A DNA stretch of 64,000 nt, taken from NCBI GenBank assembly GCA_963681965.1, contig OY820579.1, positions 559,078 through 623,077 of the forward strand, given 5' to 3'. Source of the stretch: a bacterium. Its GTDB lineage: Bacteria; Electryoneota; JAOADG01. A program made the position numbers and the translations under genes. How positions within the stretch are numbered: position 1 is the stretch's first letter; every line of letters starts with the position of its first letter. The notes beneath the pieces are model-generated. The model had not been told where the DNA came from. It was given only the letters and a program-made list of their open reading frames with translations, and did not search any database. This document shows, piece by piece, positions 41,006-49,942 of this stretch.

Positions 41006-42055
41006 ATGAAGCAATCCGATGGTATTGACAATTCAACACCTCGATTCGATGAATTCATGCGGGTTATCCATTCGGAAAAGATACTCCGAGATCTTCAATT
41101 ATCTTCACAGGTAGGTTCTATGCCACCACTTCGCAACGCCGACGACATTATCCGTCGCGCTCAGGAAGTTGCCTCCGAGCAGGGGATCCCTTCAGTTGCT
41201 GTACCCGCCGCTGGTGATGACGATGTTATTGGCGCCATCAAAGGGGCTACCGATGCCGGATTTGTTCGGGCTATCCTGATCGGCGATGAACAGAAAATCA
41301 ATCACTTCTGCGATGAATTAAAAGTTAATCGTGAAAAAGTAACGATTATTGCGGCTGCCGATGACGGTGCCGCGGCGAAAATCGCTTGCACCATGGCAGC
41401 GAATAAAGAAGCCAGCTTGATCATGAAAGGCAATATGCCGACCGGCAAGCTGTTAAAAACAGTTCTTGCCAAGGAATACGGTTTCCGCACCGGTCGCATC
41501 CTCTCGCATGTTGCCGTGTTGTCAATTCCCAACTTTCCACGTCTGCTCGGTATCACCGACGGTGGTATGGTGGTCGCACCAACCGAACAAACGCGCGCCC
41601 AATTGGTTGAAAATGCCGTAGAAGTCTTTCATGCGTTGGAAATTCCCGAGCCGAAAGTGGCATTACTTTCCGCAGTGGACAACATCCGGCTCGATCTTCC
41701 GGCAACGCGCGATCTTGCCGCCTTTGCCAAAGCCGCCGAGCGTGGTTTGATTAAAGGTGCCATCGTCGATGGTCCACTGGCATTCGATAGCGCAGTGTTA
41801 CCTGCGGCTATCGATAAAGTCGGATTTCGGTCACCGGTAGTCGGTGCCGCCGATGTTCTCGTCGTCGGTGGATTTGAGGCGGGGAATATCATTGTCAAAT
41901 CGTTGGATATTTTAGCCGAAGCGGTCTTCGCGGGTGTTATTGTTGGAACCAAACTACCGGTCGCACTGGTTAGTCGCTCCGACACGGCACGGAATAAACT
42001 GACTTCGGTTGCTTTGGCAACGCTGGTCGCAGCCAAATCAAGGAGTGCATCATGA
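41006..42055 (+). CDS. Phosphate acetyl/butyryltransferase (PTA_PTB) family protein, paralog 1
   Basis: ...IVDGPLAFDSAVLPAAIDKVGFRSPVVGAADVLVVGGFEAGNIIVKSL..VIVGTKLPVALVSRSD matches the Ptb/Pta C-terminal half. ATG at 41006 avoids overlap with the amylase gene. Stop overlaps the next gene (ATGA). Confidence 0.75.
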   Translation: MKQSDGIDNSTPRFDEFMRVIHSEKILRDLQLSSQVGSMPPLRNADDIIRRAQEVASEQGIPSVAVPAAGDDDVIGAIKGATDAGFVRAILIGDEQKINHFCDELKVNREKVTIIAAADDGAAAKIACTMAANKEASLIMKGNMPTGKLLKTVLAKEYGFRTGRILSHVAVLSIPNFPRLLGITDGGMVVAPTEQTRAQLVENAVEVFHALEIPEPKVALLSAVDNIRLDLPATRDLAAFAKAAERGLIKGAIVDGPLAFDSAVLPAAIDKVGFRSPVVGAADVLVVGGFEAGNIIVKSLDILAEAVFAGVIVGTKLPVALVSRSDTARNKLTSVALATLVAAKSRSAS

Positions 42056-42966
42056 ACGACGATCAACTCACCATAACCTTACAAGATTATCTTGAATCAC
42101 ACCCCTTGTGGACAAAGCGGTCTGGCGAAAAGATGAAACGTCGTGTCGGCATTCTGTTGCCGGTTCGGTCGATGGAAGTGGAAACAATTCGCAAAGCCTG
42201 TTCCGAGAATTGGGTTGAACCGGTTCTGATCGGCAGCGAAAAAGACGTAACCAATTTTCAAACGAATTTTAAGAATCCCGGTACGACAACAGTCGTCGGT
42301 GCTAGCTGGTCGGATGCGCTGCAACAAGCGATCGAAACCAAGGCAATCGATATTTTGCTCGAAATCGAGCATGATGTTCCCGCTCTGTTTAAGAAATTGT
42401 TGTCCATTCCCGCATATCGAACCGGTTGGGTCTCGCAAGTCGCACTGGTGCTGCCTCCTCGATTGGAAGAACGATTGCTATTGCTTTCCGATGCCGGCAT
42501 TACGATCAAACCGACACTGGAGCAACACATCAAGATCGTCGAAAACGTAATCGGCGTGGCGCGCAAACTTCAATTCGAACCGATTAAAGTAGCTCTGTTG
42601 ACCGCAGTCGAAACCGTTTCCGCCGATATTCCTTCGGGGATGCATTCGGCAATCATCGCTAAGATGGGTGAGCGTGGTCAATTCGGAAACGCGCAAATCG
42701 AGGGACCGCTGGCGTTGGATTTAGCACTATCCGAAGAAGCGGCAATCAAGAAAAAAGTGAAGAGCCCGGTAGCAGGACACGCCAATATTTTGATCGCTCC
42801 GAATTTGGAGGCGGGAGCAGGCTTGTATAAAGCGATGACGGCATTGGCAGGATCGGCATCGGCATCCGTGGTGGTTGGCGGTTGTATTCCTATTGCGTTG
42901 CCGTCGCGGGTCGACAACCCTGCCGCAATCGTATCGTCAATTCTTTTTGCGGCAATGCTGTCATAG
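42052..42966 (+). CDS. Phosphate acetyl/butyryltransferase (PTA_PTB) family protein, paralog 2
   Basis: ...IEGPLALDLALSEEAAIKKKVKSPVAGHANILIAPNLEAGAGLYKAM..VVVGGCIPIALPSRVD. aggag ribosome-binding site. Translationally coupled to paralog 1. Confidence 0.75.
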   Translation: MNDDQLTITLQDYLESHPLWTKRSGEKMKRRVGILLPVRSMEVETIRKACSENWVEPVLIGSEKDVTNFQTNFKNPGTTTVVGASWSDALQQAIETKAIDILLEIEHDVPALFKKLLSIPAYRTGWVSQVALVLPPRLEERLLLLSDAGITIKPTLEQHIKIVENVIGVARKLQFEPIKVALLTAVETVSADIPSGMHSAIIAKMGERGQFGNAQIEGPLALDLALSEEAAIKKKVKSPVAGHANILIAPNLEAGAGLYKAMTALAGSASASVVVGGCIPIALPSRVDNPAAIVSSILFAAMLS

Positions 42967-43064
42967 CAGTGTTTTGAGTAAATCTGCTTGATTACCTTTT
43001 ACAATCTTGATTTTCATTGTAGCCGGACACGGTTACAGGTTGCAGAACAAGAAGGAGATTGTGT

Positions 43065-43469
43065 ATGAACCGCGACAAAGTGAGAGCACGCATTATTATC
43101 GGAGTGGTTATTGGTTTTGTGTTTGCAATTGCTTTGTCGTGGTGGAATGAATATTACGATTTCAAACTTGCCAAGTATGTCCACGACTTCAACTGGTTAT
43201 CGCCGGGACTGGAGACGGTGTTGATTATCGGGCTGGCATCATTGACGATTTACAACACGGTCTGGTCGTTTCGGCACATGAAATATCTCGAAGGATTTCT
43301 GGCGGTATGTTCCTCCTGCAAGAAAATCCGGGTGAATGAGAATTGGATTCCGTTTGAAAAATTCATTTCGACTCATTCCGAAGCCGAATTCACGCATAGT
43401 ATTTGCCCCACATGCTACGAGAAGCATTACGGTGAGTTTCTCGCCAACAATCCGAAGAAACCGCAATAA
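43065..43469 (+). CDS. Small two-TM membrane protein carrying the same C-terminal Cys4 module as the PAS sensor
   Basis: ATG at 43065 follows aaggag; the track start is TTG. TM1 IIIGVVIGFVFAIALSWW and TM2 LETVLIIGLASLTIY. C-terminus LAVCSSCKKIRVNENWIPFEKFISTHSEAEFTHSICPTCYEKHYGE aligns with the sensor C-terminus (C-x2-C-KKIR...FTHSICP-x-C). Confidence 0.6.
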   Translation: MNRDKVRARIIIGVVIGFVFAIALSWWNEYYDFKLAKYVHDFNWLSPGLETVLIIGLASLTIYNTVWSFRHMKYLEGFLAVCSSCKKIRVNENWIPFEKFISTHSEAEFTHSICPTCYEKHYGEFLANNPKKPQ

Positions 43470-43479
43470 CGAATTTTTT

Positions 43480-43850
43480 TTCCGTAGGGGCGTATCGCAT
43501 ATGCCCTTTTCTTTTTTTATTCATGTCGTTTTTTTTAGTAGGGGAGGGCTCCCACGCCCTCCCGTGTTTTTTTTAGTAGGGGGGCATCCCCGCATGCCCC
43601 CGTTCTTGTATCTTTTTTCCGTAGGGGCGTATGGCATACGCCCTTTTCATTTTTTATTCATGTCGTTTTTTTAAGTAGGGGATGGCTCCCACGCCCTCCC
43701 GTTCTTGTATCATTTCTCCGTAGGGGCGTATCGCATACGCCCTTTTCTTTTTTTATTCATGTCGTTTTTAAGTAGGGGAGGGCTCCCACGCCCTCCCGTT
43801 CTTGTATCATTTCTCCGTAGGGGCGTATGGCATACGCCCCATTTGTCCGT
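43480..43850. repeat. Tandem array of about 3.3 copies of a roughly 98-bp REP-like unit, each with two hairpins and a T-tract
   Basis: Unit: ccgtaggggcgtatSgcataYgccc - ttttcttttttattcatgtcgttttt - agtaggggagggctcccacgccctccc - gttcttgtatcatttct. Copies start near 43489, 43622, 43720 and 43817 (partial). The first copy carries an extra agtaggggggcatccccgcatgccccc hairpin. Confidence 0.8.
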
Positions 43851-44026
43851 CATGAGGAGGACACCGAATCAAACGACAGGCAAGAGCGCCTGTCGCAACG
43901 GATGATGAATAAACACATCGCAGGCTCGGAGGTCTGCGTCACCGACAGACGGCGTCTGGTGCTGCCTGCCGCTTCGGACGAATGCGATTCGCCCCTACGA
44001 GAACAATCGCGCTCTCTTCTGGATTT

Positions 44027-45877
44027 TTATTTCTCGACCGAAAGAAGCAGCATTTCGCGATAATGCGCCGGTTCCACCGTGACAAAGTAAGTACCCGACA
44101 CAGCAGGTTTACCCGATTCGGTACGACCATCCCAAACCACTTGAAATTGTTGGATCGTGTTGCGCGGAATCGGAATCGAGCGGACTAGTTGTCCCATCAC
44201 ATTGTAGATCTTCACCTGTTGCGGAATCCCCCACGACGAACTGGTGCCGCTGATAGTAAACTGAGGGTTGCCGGGATTCGGATAGATTCGTAATGTCTTG
44301 TAGTACGGCAGTTGAATCGGTGGTGGTGCGGAAGCATTACCAATCGTCAGCGTATAATACTCGGTCGGAACATTTTCCGGTGCATAGCCAACATTCTCCC
44401 ACATATCCTCGGCACGGAAATAACACTGATAACGCCCTTCCCGCATCGGTGCGGCAAACCCGACCGAATACCAATGCGTCGAATCGCGAAGCATATCGAA
44501 CACCAGAGAATCGCCAGTCAGCGAATCGCGAATCACCCATTGCGGTTTCCAGACCGAATCGTTGTCAGTGATGTATGCTCGGAAATGAACAATCTGCTCT
44601 GGTGCATAGACCGTGGCAGTGTCGATCAACGTAGAAACGACTGGTGGCAGCGTGTCAGGATGAATGATTCCTTCCACTTGGTAGAACGAGTTGTCAAGTG
44701 TCGTATCTGCCGTCGAAACGCGTAACAGAGTGTAGAGTCGAACCCTATTAGGTTGCAGATCGGTTGATAAGAGATCACATTCGACAGAATGCTGAGCATT
44801 GCTTTGAGGTGCTGTGGAAACCAACTTAAATGGATACCAACTTCTTCCATGGTTAGCCGAAATTGCAAACCGCGAAAATGGTTGGCTGTCTGCTATCTGC
44901 GATCCGGGATCCCATAGCGAATCAGCCGTATGGATTCCCAAAAGCCGTCCGCATCTCGAAACAACATTGGCATATTCGTAAGCAGTATGGAATCGACGCA
45001 TCACTTGCCAATCCGACCAGGTAAAACCATTATCGATAGAAGTATTCAGCAATACACCATAATAATTCAACTGTTCATTATAATCGTTATTTCCGGTGGT
45101 AAGAAGAAGCGCATGCCCTTCGTCATCAATCGTTATTTTTGCATCGCGAGTTACGCACAAATTCGGATTAATTATAAATGGTTCAGAAAAAGGGCCACCA
45201 TTGATTCGGCGTCGAAATATCCGCGCTCGATACGATTCGTTTGGTGGAGCATAATTGCATGCCAGATACATCCATTCATGATTGGATCCAACGGAAAGTG
45301 TCAGATAGTATGTAATATCGTTACTGAGAAACTGTTGATTATCCTGATAAGTCACGCCACCATCGTTCGTCCAACATACGAACCGTGAACTGCTTCGAAC
45401 AAAAACCGTATCACCTGTTTGACCCAACAAATACAATCCTGGAAGTAGTGTTGTCGGTGCAATCCAAGTTTGTCCCAAATTCGTAGTTCGATAAAATCCG
45501 TTACCTCCCATCCACCTTGAACGTGAGGAAACTAATATTCCCTGCGTAGTAATAACCGGTTTAATGAGCCCAGTACCGGATGAGATGTTAGTATCACCGA
45601 CGATACTCCAGTTGCTCCAAGTTTGTCCATTGTTCGAACTAATTTTTATCGCTGGAAAAGAACCCGCTTCGACAGTCCAATAACTGCACAACGCGACGAT
45701 TGTATCCCCTTTGCTAGCCATTTTATTTGTATTATAAGTCGTCGTCGATAGAATCGCTCGCTTTGGCGACCATGTGATCGGAGCTTGCGGTTGCGCCAGC
45801 ACAACCGGACTCAGGAGGATCAGCCAGAGCCATATTGCGGCGATTCGGAAGGAAAAAGGGGATAAGTGGTTGAGCAT
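44027..45877 (-). CDS. T9SS-secreted BNR/sialidase-like beta-propeller protein
   Basis: Signal peptide. Repeated SxDxGxTW-type BNR motifs (SSNNGQTW, TTNLGQTW, TNDGGVTY, IDNGFTW, ANHGRSW). T9SS C-terminal domain (LRIYPNPGNPQFTIS...GTYFVTVEPAHYREMLLLSVEK). ATG at 45875-45877. Confidence 0.75.
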   Translation of the reverse strand: MLNHLSPFSFRIAAIWLWLILLSPVVLAQPQAPITWSPKRAILSTTTYNTNKMASKGDTIVALCSYWTVEAGSFPAIKISSNNGQTWSNWSIVGDTNISSGTGLIKPVITTQGILVSSRSRWMGGNGFYRTTNLGQTWIAPTTLLPGLYLLGQTGDTVFVRSSSRFVCWTNDGGVTYQDNQQFLSNDITYYLTLSVGSNHEWMYLACNYAPPNESYRARIFRRRINGGPFSEPFIINPNLCVTRDAKITIDDEGHALLLTTGNNDYNEQLNYYGVLLNTSIDNGFTWSDWQVMRRFHTAYEYANVVSRCGRLLGIHTADSLWDPGSQIADSQPFSRFAISANHGRSWYPFKLVSTAPQSNAQHSVECDLLSTDLQPNRVRLYTLLRVSTADTTLDNSFYQVEGIIHPDTLPPVVSTLIDTATVYAPEQIVHFRAYITDNDSVWKPQWVIRDSLTGDSLVFDMLRDSTHWYSVGFAAPMREGRYQCYFRAEDMWENVGYAPENVPTEYYTLTIGNASAPPPIQLPYYKTLRIYPNPGNPQFTISGTSSSWGIPQQVKIYNVMGQLVRSIPIPRNTIQQFQVVWDGRTESGKPAVSGTYFVTVEPAHYREMLLLSVEK

Positions 45878-46088
45878 GATCGGCGATCCATGACAGTTAA
45901 AACAATTTATTCATTAAAGATCTTAAAATCTATTGGATTCGCATCCCCAATAAAAATTTCTACCCAAATGATTTTTACTTCGTAACCTATTTGCCATTTA
46001 TTCTACCGAAAAATAATCGCGAACGCATTTTCCCGTTCCAATCGCAGGTTCCGACAATTATATTGATAAAATGGGAGGGGGAAAGAAT

Positions 46089-46851
46089 GCGTTCTAAATA
46101 TACAATCGCAATTTTTATCGTCTGGATTGGGTGGGCCATCACTGCTCGGGCGGCGGAAGATCCGACGGACACCAAGCCTTGGGAAATCGGCGTGACACTC
46201 TCGAGCCGATATATTTCCCGTGGTGCCGAAATGCTCGAGCGTGAACCGGCAGTTCAACCATTTATCAACTACACCTACGGAAATTCCGGCTTCACTGCCT
46301 CGGCATGGTCGTCATTTGCGCTCTCGAAACGGGATCAGGAAGAGATCAAAGAGTGCGATGAAGTCGATTTCACGCTGGCATACGCCCGGACAATCGGAAT
46401 TGTCGATATCACTATTGCCGCCGACCACCTCAATTTCATCCAAGTTGAGGGTTACCCCGACAGTCATTCGACTGATTACGACCTTGCCGGAACGATCTCT
46501 TTTCCATCCCTCCCGCTTTCGCCTTCCCTCCTTTTTATCAACAGTTTTAATCGCGACGGTGACGATGGTCAATATCTGGAAGGGGCGATCTCGGATGAAA
46601 TCAATCTGATTCCAGCGCTACCGATCACCTCTACCCTTAGTGCCGGTTATACCAATCAAAGTTGGTTGATCGACGAAGACGACACGCGATCTCCCGGAAT
46701 TTCACATATTACCCTCAGTTTTCAGCATGAATTTACCGTCGGATCGTTCGCAATTGAACCAGTTTTCAATCTTACATCGACCCAAAACCGGCAAATCAAT
46801 CCGGACAAACTCGCAATTTGGGGCGGAATCACCCTGAAGCACAGTTGGTAG
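46089..46851 (+). CDS. Putative outer-membrane beta-barrel protein
   Basis: ATG at 46089 follows gggaggggga. Signal peptide MRSKYTIAIFIVWIGWAITARAA. Alternating amphipathic strands. C-terminal aromatic residue (..ITLKHSW). Confidence 0.5.
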
Positions 46852-47018
46852 CACCCAACCGCCAAGAGGATAATCAGGTTCGGGAATTACCCCGGTTCCT
46901 GCAAAATAGAAATTTACTCCGTATATCTTTTCTAGTGACAGATTGTACATACCGAGTACTTTCGGATTCACCGAAATTGACTCGCCAATTCTGGATATTG
47001 CCAATACATTGTATCGTG

Positions 47019-47121
47019 GTTCTTGAAAATAAGTTGTCCTGATTCGGTGTCAGGCTTCGCCTGACCTGCGGGCGGACGCGGGGATCCGCCCCTACTACCG
47101 ATAACAACTTCTTTTCAAGAG
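47019..47121 (+). mobile_element. MITE-like element of about 102 bp with 17-bp terminal inverted repeats (copy A)
   Basis: tcttgaaaataagttgtcc...gataacaacttcttttcaagag. The internal part carries gtcaggc-ttcg-cctgac and gcgggcggacgcggggatccgcccctact hairpins. Near-identical copies lie at 61291-61393 (inverted) and 63961-64000 (truncated by the window end). Confidence 0.75.
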
Positions 47122-47229
47122 ATGCTATATGATCCATTCACCGACTCTGTCATGAATAACGTATGGTTTCAACACACTCGACCGTCGAGTGGTCCCCAAA
47201 CAACCGTTTAGTATGGAGAGACCAAGACA

Positions 47230-48411
47230 ATGCCGCAAAAGGCGAAAACTCCCGAAAAATCCGCGACAGCAATAGTAAAGAAGCAGTCGCAAACGCCGGA
47301 CGAAAACCGCGACCTAATCCTCAAAGTTGGTGACGGCGCATTGCTCCATGTCGCCAAAGGGACAGCAAATGCTGCCGACGAGTTGATCTTACCGGCTCAA
47401 TTCCGGCTGAAACACGAACAGCGTCTGGAACTGCTCTACCTGATGAAGCTTACACGCGGTACCGAAAACCGGATCATCAAGCTGTACCGGCAGGGTAAAA
47501 TTGTCGGTGGTGTTTACACTGGCGCCGGTCAGGAAGCCACGGCGGTGGGAAGCGCATTTTCGCTGAATCTGGAAGATTATCTGGTGCCGATGCACCGCGA
47601 TATGGGCTCGCATATTACCCGCGGACAGTTGCTGCGGAATATTTTCTCGCAGTATCTCGCCCGGGTTACGGCACCGACCCGCGGGAAAGAGGGGAATATG
47701 CACATGGGTGATTTCAAGAAACAGATCACCTGTATGATCAGTCACCTCGGTGCCAATCTCCCGGTTGCCTGCGGAATCGGCTACGCCTATGTGATGCGCG
47801 GCGAAAAGAAAGTGGTGCTCACCTATATCGGCGATGGCGGTGCCTCGATCGGCGATTTCCATGAAGCGCTCAATTTCGCATCCGTCGTCAAATCTCCGAT
47901 GGTGCTCTGTATCGAAAACAATCAATTTGCCTATTCGACACCGACCCGCCACCAGTACAACTGCGAGCGGATTGCCGATCGCGCATTGGCGTACGGTATT
48001 CCCGGTTATGTTGTCGACGGCAACGATGTCGAAGCGGTTTATGCCGTGACGAAATCGTTGGTGGAACGCGCGCGCGAAGGTCACGGTCCAGCTCTGTTCG
48101 AAAGTATTTCGATGCGCATGACTGGTCATAGTGCTCATGACGATGCGTTTTACGTACCGAAGGGGATGTTCGAAGAGTGGGCGAAGAAAGACCCGATTGC
48201 CCGGTTCCAGTCGAAACTGATGGAAGAAGGGGTGCTCAGCGAGCATGAACTCGGTACTATCGATCATCGCGTCGAAGCGGATATCGATGAAGCAGTCGAA
48301 TGGGCATTGGCGCAACCGGAACCGGAAGGATACGAAGCGGCGATGGGCGTGTATGCGGATGAAGAACCGCAGCTTTGGGCAGAGTACCGCGAGCAGCCAA
48401 AATTGTTTTGA
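47230..48411 (+). CDS. 2-oxo-acid dehydrogenase E1 component alpha subunit (TPP-dependent; branched-chain or pyruvate type)
   Basis: TPP-binding motif GDGGASIGDFHEALNFASV. ...YRMTGHSAHDD. 393 aa. Confidence 0.85.
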   Translation: MPQKAKTPEKSATAIVKKQSQTPDENRDLILKVGDGALLHVAKGTANAADELILPAQFRLKHEQRLELLYLMKLTRGTENRIIKLYRQGKIVGGVYTGAGQEATAVGSAFSLNLEDYLVPMHRDMGSHITRGQLLRNIFSQYLARVTAPTRGKEGNMHMGDFKKQITCMISHLGANLPVACGIGYAYVMRGEKKVVLTYIGDGGASIGDFHEALNFASVVKSPMVLCIENNQFAYSTPTRHQYNCERIADRALAYGIPGYVVDGNDVEAVYAVTKSLVERAREGHGPALFESISMRMTGHSAHDDAFYVPKGMFEEWAKKDPIARFQSKLMEEGVLSEHELGTIDHRVEADIDEAVEWALAQPEPEGYEAAMGVYADEEPQLWAEYREQPKLF

Positions 48412-48526
48412 TCTTTTTGTAGCAGCGGGCGTTAGTCCGCGCATTTTAACGAACGAAGTGTAACTGAACGCAGGCTGAAGCCTGCGGCTACAAAGAAATT
48501 CCGAATTACACTACTGGAGGAACACA

Positions 48527-49519
48527 GTGGCGGACAAAGGGCGTGGTGAGGTCGTTACTTATATCGATGCCATCACCATCGGTTTACGGGAAGAAATGGA
48601 ACGCGATTCGCGGGTCTGGTGTCTCGGTGAAGATATCGGTGTATACGGCGGAGCGTTTAAAGTTACCAAGGGGTTTGTCGATAAATTCGGCGAGAAACGG
48701 GTGCTTGATACCCCGCTTTCGGAATCGGCAATTATCGGTGTCGCGATTGGATCGGCACTCAATGGAATGATTCCGGTGGCGGAAATGCAATTTGCCGATT
48801 TTATCACTTCCGGTTTCAATCAGATTGTCAATCAGGCTGCCAAGATGCATTACCGTTACGGCGCTCCGGTACCGATGGTCGTGCGATGTCCGACGGGTGG
48901 CGGGGTGCATGGCGGTCCATTCCATAGCCAGAATCCGGAAATGTGGTTTGTGAAGACCCCGGGTTTGAAAGTGGTGGAACCCTCCACACCGTATGATGCA
49001 TATGGATTGATCAAGGCGGCGATTCGCGATCCGAATCCTGTTATTTTCTTCGAACATAAATATTTATACCGACGCATCAAAGAGCGGCTGCCGGACGAAG
49101 AGTATGTCGTGGAAATCGGGAAAGCCGATATTAAACGCGAAGGTTCGGATATTACTGTGGTCACCTATGGCTCGATGGTGCATTTCTCGCTGGAAGCGGC
49201 AGAAATTCTATCGAAAGAAGGGGTGGAAGTCGAAATCGTCGATTTGCGCACGCTATTGCCGATCGATAAAGAAGCGGTTCTGAAGAGTGTTCGGAAAACC
49301 GGTAAATTGTGTACGATCCATGAAGACACGCTGACTGCGGGGATGGGTGGCGAGATTTCCGCCATTGTCGCGGAACACGCCTTCGACAGTCTCGACGCGC
49401 CGATCAAACGGATTGCCGCCATCGACACCCCGGTTCCGTATGCACCGCCGTTAGAGGAGTTCTTTTCGCCGAATACCGATAAGATTCTCAAGGCATTACG
49501 CGAGTTGGCAGCCTATTAA
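48527..49519 (+). CDS. 2-oxo-acid dehydrogenase E1 component beta subunit
   Basis: VTYIDAITIGLREEMERDSRVWCLGEDIGVYGGAFKVTKGF...FEHKYLYR matches the transketolase-like E1 beta subunit. GTG start after ggagg. Confidence 0.85.
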   Translation: MADKGRGEVVTYIDAITIGLREEMERDSRVWCLGEDIGVYGGAFKVTKGFVDKFGEKRVLDTPLSESAIIGVAIGSALNGMIPVAEMQFADFITSGFNQIVNQAAKMHYRYGAPVPMVVRCPTGGGVHGGPFHSQNPEMWFVKTPGLKVVEPSTPYDAYGLIKAAIRDPNPVIFFEHKYLYRRIKERLPDEEYVVEIGKADIKREGSDITVVTYGSMVHFSLEAAEILSKEGVEVEIVDLRTLLPIDKEAVLKSVRKTGKLCTIHEDTLTAGMGGEISAIVAEHAFDSLDAPIKRIAAIDTPVPYAPPLEEFFSPNTDKILKALRELAAY

Positions 49520-49579
49520 TCGTAAATCCCCGGGTGCGTTTCAAGTAAATGCACCATTACCAAAAGGTTGGAGTGCACT

Positions 49580-49837
49580 ATGGCACATTTTTCCATCAGT
49601 GAATTAACGACGATGCGCGAAATCCTCGAGATGGCGATGAAACGCGAACAGGATAGCGTCAACTTCTACACGACGGCGGCAGAACGCGCCCAAAATAACA
49701 CCGAAAAGAAAATGTTCCTCGATTTGGTGGAAGAGGAGCAGGGTCACCGCGATGCACTTGCCCGTCAATTGGAAGAGGTTCTGGCGCAAATGGAGATCGA
49801 TCGCGCCATCACTGGCGAAGATCCGATGATTGATTAA
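49580..49837 (+). CDS. Small two-helix ferritin-like / rubrerythrin-half protein inserted between the E1beta and E2 genes
   Basis: ATG at 49580 (MAHFSISELTTMREILEMAMKREQDSVNFY...LDLVEEEQGHRDALARQLEE), 85 aa, with E-x2-E and E-x2-H motifs on two predicted helices. The track start at 49568 is TTG. Confidence 0.5.
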   Translation: MAHFSISELTTMREILEMAMKREQDSVNFYTTAAERAQNNTEKKMFLDLVEEEQGHRDALARQLEEVLAQMEIDRAITGEDPMID

Positions 49838-49942
49838 TAAGAAATTACCAGCATTCATTCTGCGGTGAAAATATAATCTGTTGTTTTATCGTATTCGCCG
49901 CGAGCACACTCATTTATTACAAATTTAAGTGCAGGAAAACAA

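Noticed and set aside
43480-43850. Possible CRISPR array
   Set aside because: The repeat units are about 98 bp and nearly identical end to end, with no unique spacers between them and no cas genes in the window. This is a tandem REP-like array, not CRISPR.
43827-44063. 78-aa ORF within and after the repeat array
   Set aside because: It is encoded largely by repeat and hairpin sequence, with no ribosome-binding site.
47389-48444. 351-aa minus-strand ORF antisense to the E1alpha gene; similar long antisense ORFs at 50579-51388, 56248-57255 and 57352-58176
   Set aside because: They lie entirely inside strongly supported genes (E1alpha, E2, valS) on the opposite strand and have Arg/His-rich low-complexity translations with no motifs. 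These are typical shadow ORFs of GC-rich coding DNA.
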